64,000 bases of DNA from Desulfatiglandales bacterium (GTDB lineage: Bacteria; Desulfobacterota; DSM-4660; Desulfatiglandales; Desulfatiglandaceae). The stretch covers positions 4,480,001 to 4,544,000 of the forward strand of contig OY759599.1 of the NCBI GenBank assembly GCA_963662465.1, in the 5' to 3' direction. Both the position numbers and the translations under genes were made by a program. Within the stretch, counting starts at the first letter, position 1. The number at the start of each line of letters is the position of its first letter. This document shows positions 50,426 through 60,714 of the stretch, in pieces. The notes beneath the pieces were generated by a model. That model made no database searches. It had not been told where the DNA came from and saw only the letters and a program-made list of their open reading frames with translations.

Positions 50426-51283
50426 TCATCCCGATTGGAATCCTGCCATACCATGCGGAACAGAACGGGGATGCGGCCAAGCAAACCGTAAGCGTACGAT
50501 TCTGTCGTTAAAGCGCCTTTTAAACCAAGGGATTAAAGCCAACCAACCCATCCATCGCCATCGATCCTTATGATAGTCGAAATAATTCCATTCTTCGACA
50601 AAGCGGATCGCGGGATTGAAAGCTTCCATCTCCCGACCGTGTTGAATCCCCCATTTGAACGTAACCCCGATTTTACGGACCGTATCATGCTGTTTGCTTT
50701 TCTTAACCAGGGCCGGGGTCATCATCTCAAACAGCATCTCAGCCCCGGGAAACGCAGCCACAAGGCTGTTCATCAAATCCCTCACCCGGGCTTCTTCAAA
50801 GTACATCAATATCCCTTCGGCAATAATGAGTACCGGAAGATCGGCGGAATGCACATCCTTGATCCAGGAAAAATCAAAGATCGACTTAGCGATCATCCGA
50901 TATCTCGGAGATTCTTCAAAATACACCCTTCGAACGCGAATGGGTTCGGGCAGATCAAGGTCATGCCACCGTATTCTGCCATTATCGAGTCTGGAGTACC
51001 GTGTATCCAGCCCGGCGCCGAGGTTAATGATCACGCAATCGGGATGCGCATCGATAAAGCCCTTTGTTGCAGAATCCAGGAGCATGGTTCGGATGGCGAC
51101 GCCCACCTGAGACATCCAGGCACGGTTGAATTTGGAAAAATCATAATCCATTTTCCCGACGATCTTGACGGCCAGATCATCTTTCACGATAGGATTGGGC
51201 CGCCCGGTTTCAGCTGCTCTGGCCCAAAGAGGGATCAGCGATGTTTCGGAAAGGCCGTTCAAATGGTGTTTCATTTCGTTCAA
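50426..51283 (-). CDS. Leucine-carboxyl/TcmP-type O-methyltransferase
   Basis: ETSLIPLWARA, INLGAGLDTR, DLDLPE, IAEGILMYF. Confidence 0.88.
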   Translation of the reverse strand: MNEMKHHLNGLSETSLIPLWARAAETGRPNPIVKDDLAVKIVGKMDYDFSKFNRAWMSQVGVAIRTMLLDSATKGFIDAHPDCVIINLGAGLDTRYSRLDNGRIRWHDLDLPEPIRVRRVYFEESPRYRMIAKSIFDFSWIKDVHSADLPVLIIAEGILMYFEEARVRDLMNSLVAAFPGAEMLFEMMTPALVKKSKQHDTVRKIGVTFKWGIQHGREMEAFNPAIRFVEEWNYFDYHKDRWRWMGWLALIPWFKRRFNDRIVRLRFAWPHPRSVPHGMAGFQSG

Positions 51284-51376
51284 ACCTCCATTCTCCGGAA
51301 TTTATTTTTGAGCATATTATCCGGGATTTCCGGTTCCGCGATTGGGTGTTATCTTAAGCCGACATGGGCTATTTCC

Positions 51377-52096
51377 TCATTTAATCGCCTCAACCTGGAT
51401 GACATGAGCCTCATCCGGACCGAAGTGAATACGGAGTCCGTCCATGGTCTCGATGGCAAGATGATTTCCGGGCCCGTAGGCGATCCGCTTTCCCTGCTCG
51501 ATCCCCACCAAGGCCAGGACCGTACCCGGCGTGATCCCTAAGCCCGTCAGATACTTCCGGGCGCGGGCACCCCCAAGGAGTTTGCTGACTTTGAATTCTT
51601 TCCGGACCTTTGCCGACGTGAACTGACATTCCGACCCTTCCATCACCCCCCAGATCTTTGAAGCAATCCCTTCCTGAAGATGGATGTGCTTCTTTCGATC
51701 CATGCCGGCCACGTATTCCATGGGAGGCAATTTGCGCAATAGTTTGATCCGCCCCCCCACCCCGAATCCAAGCGTCTCAAGGGTATTGATCAAGCCGGGT
51801 CCCCCGTTCAAGGCCTCAATGGTTCCCTCTTCATTCCGGTTCATCCGCGAAAGGGACGTCCTTCCGCCATCGGCTTTTCCCACGATAATTTTGGTGCACA
51901 TCCCCCCACCCAGAACCGCGTCCCTTTCCGATCCCCGAACACGAACGGACTGACGCACGATCTCTTCTTTCGGGAATTTTATAAACGTGGATCCGGGGAT
52001 CAACCCGATCCGTTTCAGGCTTTCGGCAAGTTTATTGTCTTCAACACGGGCCAGACGCAGAACGTCGCCCGGATGAGCATCTTCAAGGGTCAGCAT
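51377..52096 (-). CDS. Multi-FeoA-domain protein
   Basis: Three units of L..LG..PG (LKRIGLIPG, LETLGFGVG, LTGLGITPG). Confidence 0.75.
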   Translation of the reverse strand: MLTLEDAHPGDVLRLARVEDNKLAESLKRIGLIPGSTFIKFPKEEIVRQSVRVRGSERDAVLGGGMCTKIIVGKADGGRTSLSRMNRNEEGTIEALNGGPGLINTLETLGFGVGGRIKLLRKLPPMEYVAGMDRKKHIHLQEGIASKIWGVMEGSECQFTSAKVRKEFKVSKLLGGARARKYLTGLGITPGTVLALVGIEQGKRIAYGPGNHLAIETMDGLRIHFGPDEAHVIQVEAIK

Positions 52097-52173
52097 TTTT
52101 CAATCCCCCATATTAAACCGTTTCTTTCAAACGGTGATTCATTCACGGTTCCAAATCAAGGCATTACCCATCC

Positions 52174-54273
52174 TCATTCCTCTTTCGGTACAATCGACGT
52201 GGCCCCGGCCGTATACCCCAGAAGACCGATGGTGGTCCCGTTATGCATGAAGGCCGCCAAAGGCGGTGAAATCATGCCGAAAAGCGCAAGCAGCAGCACC
52301 GAGGTGTTGACGCCAACGGTCATATAAAAATTGTTTTTCACAACGGACATAACCTTCCGGCTCACTTCCCGTGCAAAAACAAGGGACATGAGATCATCAT
52401 TGAGCAAAACCACCCGGGCGGATTCCTTGGCAATATCGGCGGCCCTGGGCATGGATATGCCCACGTCCGCCTTGACCAGGGCCGGGGCGTCGTTAACGCC
52501 ATCCCCCACAAAGGCCACTTTGCACCCTTCATCCTGAAGCCGTTCAAGAATCACGGCCTTGTCTTCCGGCAGTAGTTTCCAGTGAACCTCATCGATGCCC
52601 AGTTCAAGGGCAATGGCCCGTGCCGTCTCCTCCTGATCCCCGGTGAGAACGATCACCCGTTTTATGCCCGTTTCCCTGAGCCGAGCCAGGGCCTTCTTCG
52701 CTTCGGGACGGATGATATCCCGCAACGCAATCAACCCCATGAGCTTCCCTTCCCTGGCCACATAAAGGGTGCTCTTTCCTTCGGACTGGAGTATTTTTTC
52801 CCTATCCAACCCAAGGGTACAATCCACACCTTCGTCTTCCGCCAAAAAATGGAAATTTCCCACCAATACATGACCTGAATCCACAAAAGCTGAAACCCCG
52901 TGGGCGACAATAAAGTCGCATTCGCCAGCTTCATTCACGCAAATGCCCTTTGCGACCGCCGCTTCGCTGATGGCGGCGGCCACGGGATGGTGATAATGGC
53001 TTTCCGCTGCGGCGGCCAGTGCGAGCACTTCATCCGGCGTGCAGCCGTTGAAGCAAACGACGTCCGTGACTTCCGGAGACCCTTTTGTCAGTGTGCCGGT
53101 TTTGTCGAATATGAAGGTGTCCACCCTGGAAACCGCCTCCAGAGCGCCCGCGCCCTTGATGATGATACCCCCTTCGGCCGCCGATTTCATACCCGTTTTC
53201 ACGGCCACGGGACTGACCAGTTTCAGGGCGCAGGAATAATCTACGGTCAATGCGGCGGAAGCCCGACGCAAATCCCGCGTCACACCATAAATCCCCAACC
53301 CCAGCCCCAGCGTCAAAGGCACCAGGCGATCCGCCAGGTTTGCCGATTCCGTTTGAACAACGGACCTGTCCATCAATGATTTCTCGATATACTGGCTGAT
53401 TTTCGCTGTAGTGGCCTCGGCGCCCACGCGCACGGCCCGGATTTTCAACTTTCCCTGCTCGATGATCGTACCCGCGAAGACCTCGCTCCCCAGCGTTGCA
53501 TCCACGGCCAGGGGTTCGCCGGTAATGGACGCCTGGTTCACGGCCGCCGCCCCTTCCGCCACCACGCCGTCCACGGGAATCAGCTCACCGGGGCCGCAGA
53601 TTAACGTATCACCCAGACGTACGTCCCGGATGGGGATACGCGTCTCAACGCCGTCCACTTCGATCCAAGCCCAATCCGATTCCTGTTTGTAGAGGCTCAA
53701 GAGCAGCCTGTCCGACCGATACTCGGTAATACCCTCCAGATACTGCCCGAAAGACAACATGAGGGTGATAATATTGGCCGAAAGATAATCCCTTCGAAGC
53801 AGCGTAAACAACACCGCGCCCGCATCAAGGGTTTCCACGGAAATGCCCCTTTCAAGGAAGCTGCCAGCCCCTTTCGTCAAAACCGGGGCCACGGTGAGCC
53901 AGGTCAAAAGCGCCTTCAGGGGAAAGGGCAGGAAAAAGACTAAAACCATATTGACCCCTACCCGCAACGTGCCGGTAAGATCAGGAGGCGGGGAAAGATC
54001 AAATTTTGTGGTGATGATCTCCCGGGGCGGGTTTTCCAGGATCGAAAGAATTTTATTTCGCGTTTCCGCCTTGCCGTCGAAACGGATCATCACACAGGCG
54101 GCCGGTTTATTCAATCGGACGAATTCGACCCCCTTGAGCGCCTCCATATAGGCTTCCAGATATCGTGCATTTAAAAAAGGATCGCCCAAAAAGGCACTCC
54201 GAATTCGAATCCTCCCGAAGATATCATGGACAATCCTGAGTCTGTTTTTTTTTGCGGGTTCCCGCTTTTCCAT
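52174..54273 (-). CDS. fezB: P1B-6-type ATPase, ferrosome FezB-like
   Basis: N-terminal HDIFGRIRIR, TGE, transmembrane DYSCAL, DKTGT, GDGVND, HNGTT. Confidence 0.8.
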   Translation of the reverse strand: MEKREPAKKNRLRIVHDIFGRIRIRSAFLGDPFLNARYLEAYMEALKGVEFVRLNKPAACVMIRFDGKAETRNKILSILENPPREIITTKFDLSPPPDLTGTLRVGVNMVLVFFLPFPLKALLTWLTVAPVLTKGAGSFLERGISVETLDAGAVLFTLLRRDYLSANIITLMLSFGQYLEGITEYRSDRLLLSLYKQESDWAWIEVDGVETRIPIRDVRLGDTLICGPGELIPVDGVVAEGAAAVNQASITGEPLAVDATLGSEVFAGTIIEQGKLKIRAVRVGAEATTAKISQYIEKSLMDRSVVQTESANLADRLVPLTLGLGLGIYGVTRDLRRASAALTVDYSCALKLVSPVAVKTGMKSAAEGGIIIKGAGALEAVSRVDTFIFDKTGTLTKGSPEVTDVVCFNGCTPDEVLALAAAAESHYHHPVAAAISEAAVAKGICVNEAGECDFIVAHGVSAFVDSGHVLVGNFHFLAEDEGVDCTLGLDREKILQSEGKSTLYVAREGKLMGLIALRDIIRPEAKKALARLRETGIKRVIVLTGDQEETARAIALELGIDEVHWKLLPEDKAVILERLQDEGCKVAFVGDGVNDAPALVKADVGISMPRAADIAKESARVVLLNDDLMSLVFAREVSRKVMSVVKNNFYMTVGVNTSVLLLALFGMISPPLAAFMHNGTTIGLLGYTAGATSIVPKEE

Positions 54274-54328
54274 TTTTGTTTCTCCAAGTCTCGGCAATCG
54301 AAATTTTCGGTCAATCATTCACCGTTTT

Positions 54329-56524
54329 TCAATAGAGCCATCTTCCCACCTGATAAATGACGAAAGCCAACGTGAAGGCAAACGCCATGGACCCAAAGAC
54401 GGCGAAAAGCGTCCACCGCCAACTCGATTCTCTCACCATTACCGCCACAGTTACCATACATGGGGCATAGAGCAACAAAAACACCATCATGGCGATAACC
54501 CCGGGCATGGTCCATTCGGGATCGGCCGCAATCTTCTCACTCAGGCTTTGGGCATTATCCGTTTCAACCTCTCCCATGGAATAGGCTGTGGAGAGGGTAG
54601 AAACAAACACCTCCTTGGCCGCAAAGGCCCCGATCAGCGCGATATTGGCCTGCCAGGGAAAACCGGCGTATCGGGTAATGGATTCCAAAGCGTTTCCAAG
54701 TCTGCCGGCGACCGAATACCGCAACGCCGCCTCACCCTGATCGTCGGCAATTCCGGAAAGCCGTTCTTGAAGCATCGCTTCCCTTTCCCCGGCCGAAATC
54801 CCCCGGCCCCGTTCCGCCACTTCGATTTTGGCCGTTTCGCGTGCGGCCTCGAATCCATCAATGCGATCAGCGGGAAGTTGCGGGAACGTCATGAGGAACC
54901 ACATGAGGATTGAGATGCCGAGAATGACCGTTCCCGCTTTTTTGATGTATTGCCACACGCGATCCCATGTATGGATGGCGACGCTTTGCACGGTAGGCAA
55001 ACGGTAGGGAGGCAGTTCCATGACAAAGGGTGTGGCAGGCCCTCGAATGACGGTGGTTCGAAGGATCTTTGACACCATCAGCACAAAAAACCAGGAGGCC
55101 ATGACCACCGAAAACATGGCCGCGGTGGGGTAGGTCGGAAAAAAAGCCGCAATCAGCACCACGTAGGCCGTTGTTTTGGCGCCGCAAACCATGAAAGGCG
55201 CCGTAAAGATGGTGGCCAACCGCTCGCGCGGGCTCCTGAGGGTACGAGCGGCCATCACGCCCGGAACCGCACATCCGCCCGGAAGCCCCCCCGATATAAT
55301 CAGGGGCATGACGGATGCGCCGTGCAAGCCGAAGGTTTGGAGAACCCTGTCCAACATATAGGCCACTCGCGCCATGTAACCCAGGTCTTCCAAAAAGACC
55401 AGCAGGGAAAACATGATCAGAATGAGGGGCGTAAAACTGAGGACGGCGCCGACCCCGTCAATGATACCGGAAACAACCAGTGATTGCACCAGTCCTTCCG
55501 GTATAAACCGTGTCCCCAATTGGGCCAGATAGGCGAATCCTTCCTCCACCCAACCCTGGGGATAGGCCCCGATGTTAAACGTAACGTAGAAAAGCGCAAA
55601 CAGGACGCCAAGCATAATGAACGGCCCCAGAAAGGCATGGGTCAACACCCGATCCACCTTGTCGGACGCATCGACGCGAAGGTCGTTCTCCCTTGACACC
55701 ACCCCCTGATTCAAAATTGAATTGATAAACCCGTAACGATAATCCGCAATGACCGCCTCCGGATAAATACCCTTGGTTTTCTCCAGACGTTCGGACAATT
55801 CATCCACATACTTTTCAAGTTCCGTCCCAAGTGGACCCGCCTTCTTTCCCGCAGCAATAATCTCACCATCTTTTTCCAAATATTTGACGGCCAGCCATCG
55901 GGCATCATACCGATCCGTCATGAATTGGGATTCTTCGATCCTGCGGCTCATTTCATCCACGGCCGGGTCAAGGTCGGGTCCATAAGAAATTCGAAGGGGC
56001 TTCCATTTCCCCTTTGTTTTTTCAACAAGGGCCTTTATGCTTTTCATCAACTGCTCTTTACCCTTTCCATACCGGGCAACGCATTCCACAACGGGAACCT
56101 GGAGAAGTTTTGAGAGTTTTTGGGAATCGATTTGCATGCCCTTCTTCCTGACCTCGTCCATCATGTTCAAACCGAGGACGATCGGCACACCGATTTCAAT
56201 CAGCTGAATGGCAAGATAAAGGCTCCGTTCCAGGGCCGTGGCATCCAGCATATTAATGGCCGCGTCGGGACGTTCGTCTACAATAACGTTCCTGGCAACC
56301 ACCTCTTCCATGGAATAGGCGGAAAGTGAATAGGTCCCCGGCAGATCCACCAACCTGAAGGTGCAATCACCCATCCGGCAGGAACCCTCCATCCGATCGA
56401 CCGTGATTCCCGGATAATTGCCCACGCGGGCCGTAGACCCGGTAATGGCGTTGAACATGGTGCTCTTTCCACAATTGGGCTGGCCCGATACTGCCACCCT
56501 GATAATTTCGGTCATCGAGGTCAA
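54329..56524 (-). CDS. feoB: Ferrous iron transporter FeoB
   Basis: GQPNCGKS, VGNYPGITV, DLPGTYSL, LNMMD, PFVMELPPY, LYAPC. Confidence 0.95.
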   Translation of the reverse strand: MTSMTEIIRVAVSGQPNCGKSTMFNAITGSTARVGNYPGITVDRMEGSCRMGDCTFRLVDLPGTYSLSAYSMEEVVARNVIVDERPDAAINMLDATALERSLYLAIQLIEIGVPIVLGLNMMDEVRKKGMQIDSQKLSKLLQVPVVECVARYGKGKEQLMKSIKALVEKTKGKWKPLRISYGPDLDPAVDEMSRRIEESQFMTDRYDARWLAVKYLEKDGEIIAAGKKAGPLGTELEKYVDELSERLEKTKGIYPEAVIADYRYGFINSILNQGVVSRENDLRVDASDKVDRVLTHAFLGPFIMLGVLFALFYVTFNIGAYPQGWVEEGFAYLAQLGTRFIPEGLVQSLVVSGIIDGVGAVLSFTPLILIMFSLLVFLEDLGYMARVAYMLDRVLQTFGLHGASVMPLIISGGLPGGCAVPGVMAARTLRSPRERLATIFTAPFMVCGAKTTAYVVLIAAFFPTYPTAAMFSVVMASWFFVLMVSKILRTTVIRGPATPFVMELPPYRLPTVQSVAIHTWDRVWQYIKKAGTVILGISILMWFLMTFPQLPADRIDGFEAARETAKIEVAERGRGISAGEREAMLQERLSGIADDQGEAALRYSVAGRLGNALESITRYAGFPWQANIALIGAFAAKEVFVSTLSTAYSMGEVETDNAQSLSEKIAADPEWTMPGVIAMMVFLLLYAPCMVTVAVMVRESSWRWTLFAVFGSMAFAFTLAFVIYQVGRWLY

Positions 56525-56754
56525 TCCTCCGTTTCACAATCAATGTAATCGGCCTCATTGTTGCGCAGGCTCAGGGTAAATCCCTTCATACGCAGGGCAA
56601 TGGGATCTTTCAAAGGGGCACGGCCCACCACGGCAAACTCGGTCCCGGGAATCAGACCCATATCCCGGATGCGCCGTCCGATCTCACCGTGGGCCCTGAC
56701 CGAACAGATGCGGCCGCGTTGATTTTTCTGCATTCTTCTCATTGACATGGGCAT
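56521..56754 (-). CDS. feoA: FeoA
   Basis: RRIRDMGLIPG...RAPLKDPI...LSLRNNEA. Confidence 0.93.
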   Translation of the reverse strand: MPMSMRRMQKNQRGRICSVRAHGEIGRRIRDMGLIPGTEFAVVGRAPLKDPIALRMKGFTLSLRNNEADYIDCETED

Positions 56755-57030
56755 GGCATTCCTCCTTAGGGTTGATCAAACATCGTATCCGCAAAAATCC
56801 CGCAAAACGCTTTCACGGCTTACAACGGAAAAATTTTCGGAAACGGATGCAATCTGATAAACGCGAGAGTGTTTTGAGCGTCTAACTTTTTCCCATTGTT
56901 TTGTCAACTAAATTATGTTAGAGCTTTATAATTAAATCGCTCCTCCCCAGGTGAATTTCATTGACAAACATGGAAAAATCCACCCATAACAAACCGGAAA
57001 GGCAACACTTAATCAAAGGGAAATCGGCAT

Positions 57031-57630
57031 ATGTTCAAAACATGCGTGATCATTGGCGCACATCGTGAAGAGTTGGCCTTTGGGGAAAAAACAACGAAAG
57101 GCATCAACAAAAGGGGAATCGAAATCATCCGCATACCCGAAGGCATCCCGAACAAACGTTCCAACGGCGAGCTGAAGTCCTCCAAAAGAGCCAACCTTGC
57201 CAATCTGTATTCCCGAATCCACAAAAAAGTATGCGGCAGTTTTGACCTGGTCATCGATCTGCATTCCGGCTTAAGTGAAGAAAAATGGGGTGCGGACATC
57301 TTCTCCGCTGAAAAGGAATTTCTGGATTTCATGGGCGCCGGATCAAAAAAGCTGTTCCAAAAAAAATATCGTTTGCCGGATGCAATCCGTCTGTTCAGGA
57401 TTATCGGAAAACCCGAACGTATATCAAACGTCTTCGACGACCGTTACCCGGTTTGCCTGGCTTTTGTCCCTGAAAACATCATAAACGGAAAGCATTACCG
57501 TTATGTCGGGCTTGAAATTTACCTGACGTCGGAAAAGGGACGCTTGTCGGATTATCGCCTATCACGACGCCTCCTACGAGCTGTCCATGAATGCGCCATG
57601 GGCTATGCCTCACGGAAAAAGAGTTTCTGA
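57031..57630 (+). CDS. Hypothetical protein, possibly M14/desuccinylase-like fold
   Basis: IIGAHREE and VIDLHSG resemble the HxxE and DLH motifs of M14-like hydrolases. Confidence 0.5.
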   Translation: MFKTCVIIGAHREELAFGEKTTKGINKRGIEIIRIPEGIPNKRSNGELKSSKRANLANLYSRIHKKVCGSFDLVIDLHSGLSEEKWGADIFSAEKEFLDFMGAGSKKLFQKKYRLPDAIRLFRIIGKPERISNVFDDRYPVCLAFVPENIINGKHYRYVGLEIYLTSEKGRLSDYRLSRRLLRAVHECAMGYASRKKSF

Positions 57631-57657
57631 TACACGACATGACTTCCGACATTTTAC

Positions 57658-59502
57658 TTAGCAATCGACGCCATTATCACGAACCAACCGGGCGGAATTA
57701 AGCACGACCAGTACAGAACTGACGTGATGGAACAGGGCCGCCAACCACGGGCTCAGGAACCCCATGGTAGCGAGACTGATGCCGACAACATTAAACCCGA
57801 TGGCCCATGCATAATTCTCCTTGATAACGCGGATGAGCTTTTTTCCCTTATGGATGATGGTCAACACGCTTGAGGCATCGTCTTGCAGCACAATAATGTC
57901 GGATGACTTTATGGCCAGATCCGCCTTGGCGCCGCCCATGGAAATGCCCACGTCCGCCGCAACCAGCGACGCGGCATCGTTAACCCCGTCTCCGATCATC
58001 ATTGTGACCCCCTGTGCGTTCAGTTCTTTCACAAGAGCGGTCTTTTCCTCCGGTTTCAAGCCCCATCGACAACCATCCGCTCCGATGAGTTCCGCCACGC
58101 GACGCGCTTCAACCTCTTCGCTATCACCCGTTGCCAACTCGACTCTTTTTACGCCCAAACCGTGAAGTCTTTCCCCGAGGCCCCGGGCATTCTCCCGAAG
58201 CACGTCCCGAATGACGATAGCGCCCGCCACTTTCCCATCAAGGGCAATCCATGTGGGACGCCCTTTGAACCCGACGTCAGAGGGCACGGTCATACCGAGG
58301 CCCTTTATCGTCTCCGCCGGACCTAAAACAACCTTACGGTCCCCCACAAAAGATCTGACGCCCTGGCGCAGGTATTGTGATTCGCGAACGACCAGAGGCT
58401 TTATTCCTTTTCCGGCGGCATAGGTTACAATGGCGTTTGCAATGGGATGATTGAACCCCGATTCAACCGAGGCGGCGATTTGGAGCAATTCCTCTTGCGA
58501 CAATGTCAAGGCTCTTATTTCCGATACTTTGGGTTTTCCCAGGGTCATGGTTCCCGTTTTGTCCAGCACCACATTTACAACCCGACCCGCCATCTCCAGG
58601 GGCGTACCGCCGCGGACCAGAATGCCGCGGCCGCTGAGGCCCCCGATGGCCGCCGCAAAGGCCGTGGGAACGGACAGCGCCCAAGCGCAGGGACAAGCCA
58701 CCGCGGTCACGGCGGCCATGCGCATAAGGCCCGCGGCAACATCACCGGCCAAACCGCCGGAGAAGAAAAATACACCGATTGCATAAAAAACCACGCCGGG
58801 AATGAAAAATTGAACAATGCCGTCCGCCATACGCTGGGTTTTGGACTTTTCTTTCAGGGACTCGGTTATTTCCTTGGCCATAACATAAAGAAATCCCTTG
58901 TCCCCCGCTTTGGAAGCCCGTACTTTCAACTGGGAGGTAAGGCTAACGGCGCCCGACACAACCGGGGCGCCGGCCTCCTTGAATACGGAAAAGGGTTCAC
59001 CGGTAATGACGGATTCGTCAATGGAAGAAGCACCCTCCACGATTTCTCCATCCACCGGTATCATTTCGCCTTCCGGCACAATGACCAGATCGCCCCGGAG
59101 AACCTGTTCAACGGGCAATTCCATGATCTTGTCTTCCCTCACGACCCGAACCACCTTGTCCCTTTCGTTCGTAAGGATTTCAATCCGCCGACGCGTCCTT
59201 TCAATGACCGCAAGGGAAACGGCAAGCCCCATGCTGATAAACCAGGCCACCAGCGCACCGCTTAAGGGTTGTCCGGCCAAAAACGAGACCACCATCACCG
59301 TTACCACCAGCAAGTCCGCCGTAACCCTTCGAGTCTTTAGCAACGCAAAGAGCAATGCCTTGGCGTACATGGTCAAACAAATAAAATAAAAAATCAGTGC
59401 AAACCCCATCATCGGTTCAAAGCCCGTCCACTGATGTGCAACCAAGCATATAACGGCGACCAACGCAACAAGGGTTCTGATGATAAACGCTTTCGCGGAC
59501 AT
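57658..59502 (-). CDS. Heavy-metal P1B ATPase without an N-terminal metal-binding domain
   Basis: TGE, ACPCA, DKTGT, HP, GDGVND, HHVSS. Confidence 0.9.
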   Translation of the reverse strand: MSAKAFIIRTLVALVAVICLVAHQWTGFEPMMGFALIFYFICLTMYAKALLFALLKTRRVTADLLVVTVMVVSFLAGQPLSGALVAWFISMGLAVSLAVIERTRRRIEILTNERDKVVRVVREDKIMELPVEQVLRGDLVIVPEGEMIPVDGEIVEGASSIDESVITGEPFSVFKEAGAPVVSGAVSLTSQLKVRASKAGDKGFLYVMAKEITESLKEKSKTQRMADGIVQFFIPGVVFYAIGVFFFSGGLAGDVAAGLMRMAAVTAVACPCAWALSVPTAFAAAIGGLSGRGILVRGGTPLEMAGRVVNVVLDKTGTMTLGKPKVSEIRALTLSQEELLQIAASVESGFNHPIANAIVTYAAGKGIKPLVVRESQYLRQGVRSFVGDRKVVLGPAETIKGLGMTVPSDVGFKGRPTWIALDGKVAGAIVIRDVLRENARGLGERLHGLGVKRVELATGDSEEVEARRVAELIGADGCRWGLKPEEKTALVKELNAQGVTMMIGDGVNDAASLVAADVGISMGGAKADLAIKSSDIIVLQDDASSVLTIIHKGKKLIRVIKENYAWAIGFNVVGISLATMGFLSPWLAALFHHVSSVLVVLNSARLVRDNGVDC

Positions 59503-59557
59503 GTAGTATCTCCCTTTTTAAGCCGGCGGAACGGCAACCATTCCGCCGTTTGCCGCG

Positions 59558-59746
59558 TCACGACCGTTTCCCATGATGCGGCTGATACAGGTTGTAGTGC
59601 CACACGGAAAAACCGACCAGCGCCACGCCGGCCCAGGTATGCAACGCCCTATTCTGTCGGCCCCTTCCAAGCGCCGTCCAGGCAAGAACGCTCAGAGAAA
59701 CCACCATCCCCGACTTGACCAAGTCTTTTGCGGTACTTTTTTCCAT
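59558..59746 (-). CDS. Small His-containing membrane protein
   Basis: MEKSTAKDLVKSGMVVSLSVLAWT...LHTWAGVALVGFSVWH; within the operon. Confidence 0.65.
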   Translation of the reverse strand: MEKSTAKDLVKSGMVVSLSVLAWTALGRGRQNRALHTWAGVALVGFSVWHYNLYQPHHGKRS

Positions 59747-59756
59747 AACGACCCAC

Positions 59757-60167
59757 CTACTCACCCTCCGGGGCATGCTGCATTTCGGCCCTGACGTCCT
59801 CAAATTTTTCTTTTATTTCCTGAACGCCCCCCTGGACCGCGCCAATGACTTTGGCGGCACCCTTGATCACGCTTTTCTGTACGGTGTCATTGGTTACCAG
59901 CAATGCCGCGGCAGCCCCCAACAGCGCCCCTTTCCAAAACTGTTGATCCCGAAAATTCATTCCCAGAAAACCCACGCCCGCCGGCGCGGCCTGAACCTGG
60001 AAACTCTGTTGTGGAACCATTCCGTACTGATTGGCTTCATAGAGCGGTTCGTGGCTCCGGGGATATGAAAAAGCCCCTTCGTTACCGGGGGCCACCATGC
60101 CCTGTTGCGGCTGGAAATTGGGCGGTTGCTGCGTATTCATGGGGTAAGACGGATGATGTTCACTCAT
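59757..60167 (-). CDS. GxxxG/YtxH-like small membrane protein (Fez accessory-like)
   Basis: Q/P-rich N-terminus, FWKGALLGAAAALL, C-terminal EIKEKFEDVRAE. Confidence 0.7.
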   Translation of the reverse strand: MSEHHPSYPMNTQQPPNFQPQQGMVAPGNEGAFSYPRSHEPLYEANQYGMVPQQSFQVQAAPAGVGFLGMNFRDQQFWKGALLGAAAALLVTNDTVQKSVIKGAAKVIGAVQGGVQEIKEKFEDVRAEMQHAPEGE

Positions 60168-60252
60168 GATATGACTCCTTCTCATTTAAAAAAATTTGCA
60201 AAAAGATGATGGTTAACCTGTTGCGATTCAGCGTTTTCAAAACGCGACGGGA

Positions 60253-60618
60253 TTATTTCTTCAATACGGTTACGGACTTTTCGGATGCCGATTTACCCAC
60301 CGAATTCAGCACATAACCGACGCCTGTCGCCGTTGCAATCAGAAGCGCAAAAGACGCGAAACTGCCGAAACGCACCGATGATGCCACGGCAGTCCCGGCA
60401 GCGGTCGCAACACCGATCCCCGCGCCTTTGGCCAAACTGTCCACAAAAGCCTGTTTCGGACTCATCGAATCATCCTGAACCTTGTGCAGGTTCAGTGCAA
60501 GAGACGCCGTTCCCCCTACGATAGCGCCGAAAAGACCGGCATTCATGATGGTATTGGGATAAATGCGGGTTGACGGGGTTACAATCTGATACTGTTGTGG
60601 ACTCGGATGTTTTGTCAT
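60253..60618 (-). CDS. MamC-like Gly/Ala-rich membrane protein (Fez accessory-like)
   Basis: AGLFGAIVGGTASLALNLHKV...AKGAGIGVATAAG. Confidence 0.7.
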   Translation of the reverse strand: MTKHPSPQQYQIVTPSTRIYPNTIMNAGLFGAIVGGTASLALNLHKVQDDSMSPKQAFVDSLAKGAGIGVATAAGTAVASSVRFGSFASFALLIATATGVGYVLNSVGKSASEKSVTVLKK

Positions 60619-60714
60619 AATGGACTCCTTAATCGTTTATTTCATTTAAGCCGAAGGCCCCATGGCCAAAATCTTCATGGGATTTCTTTTCCGCCGCAAG
60701 TCGCGTGCCCGCGG

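Noticed and set aside
56760..57020. Fur box upstream of feoA
   Set aside because: The region is AT-rich, but I found no convincing GATAATGATAATCATTATC-like match by eye.
60253..60618. Magnetosome island, prompted by the MamC-like protein
   Set aside because: No mamA/B/E/K/M/Q-like genes are in the window; the context fits a ferrosome cluster.
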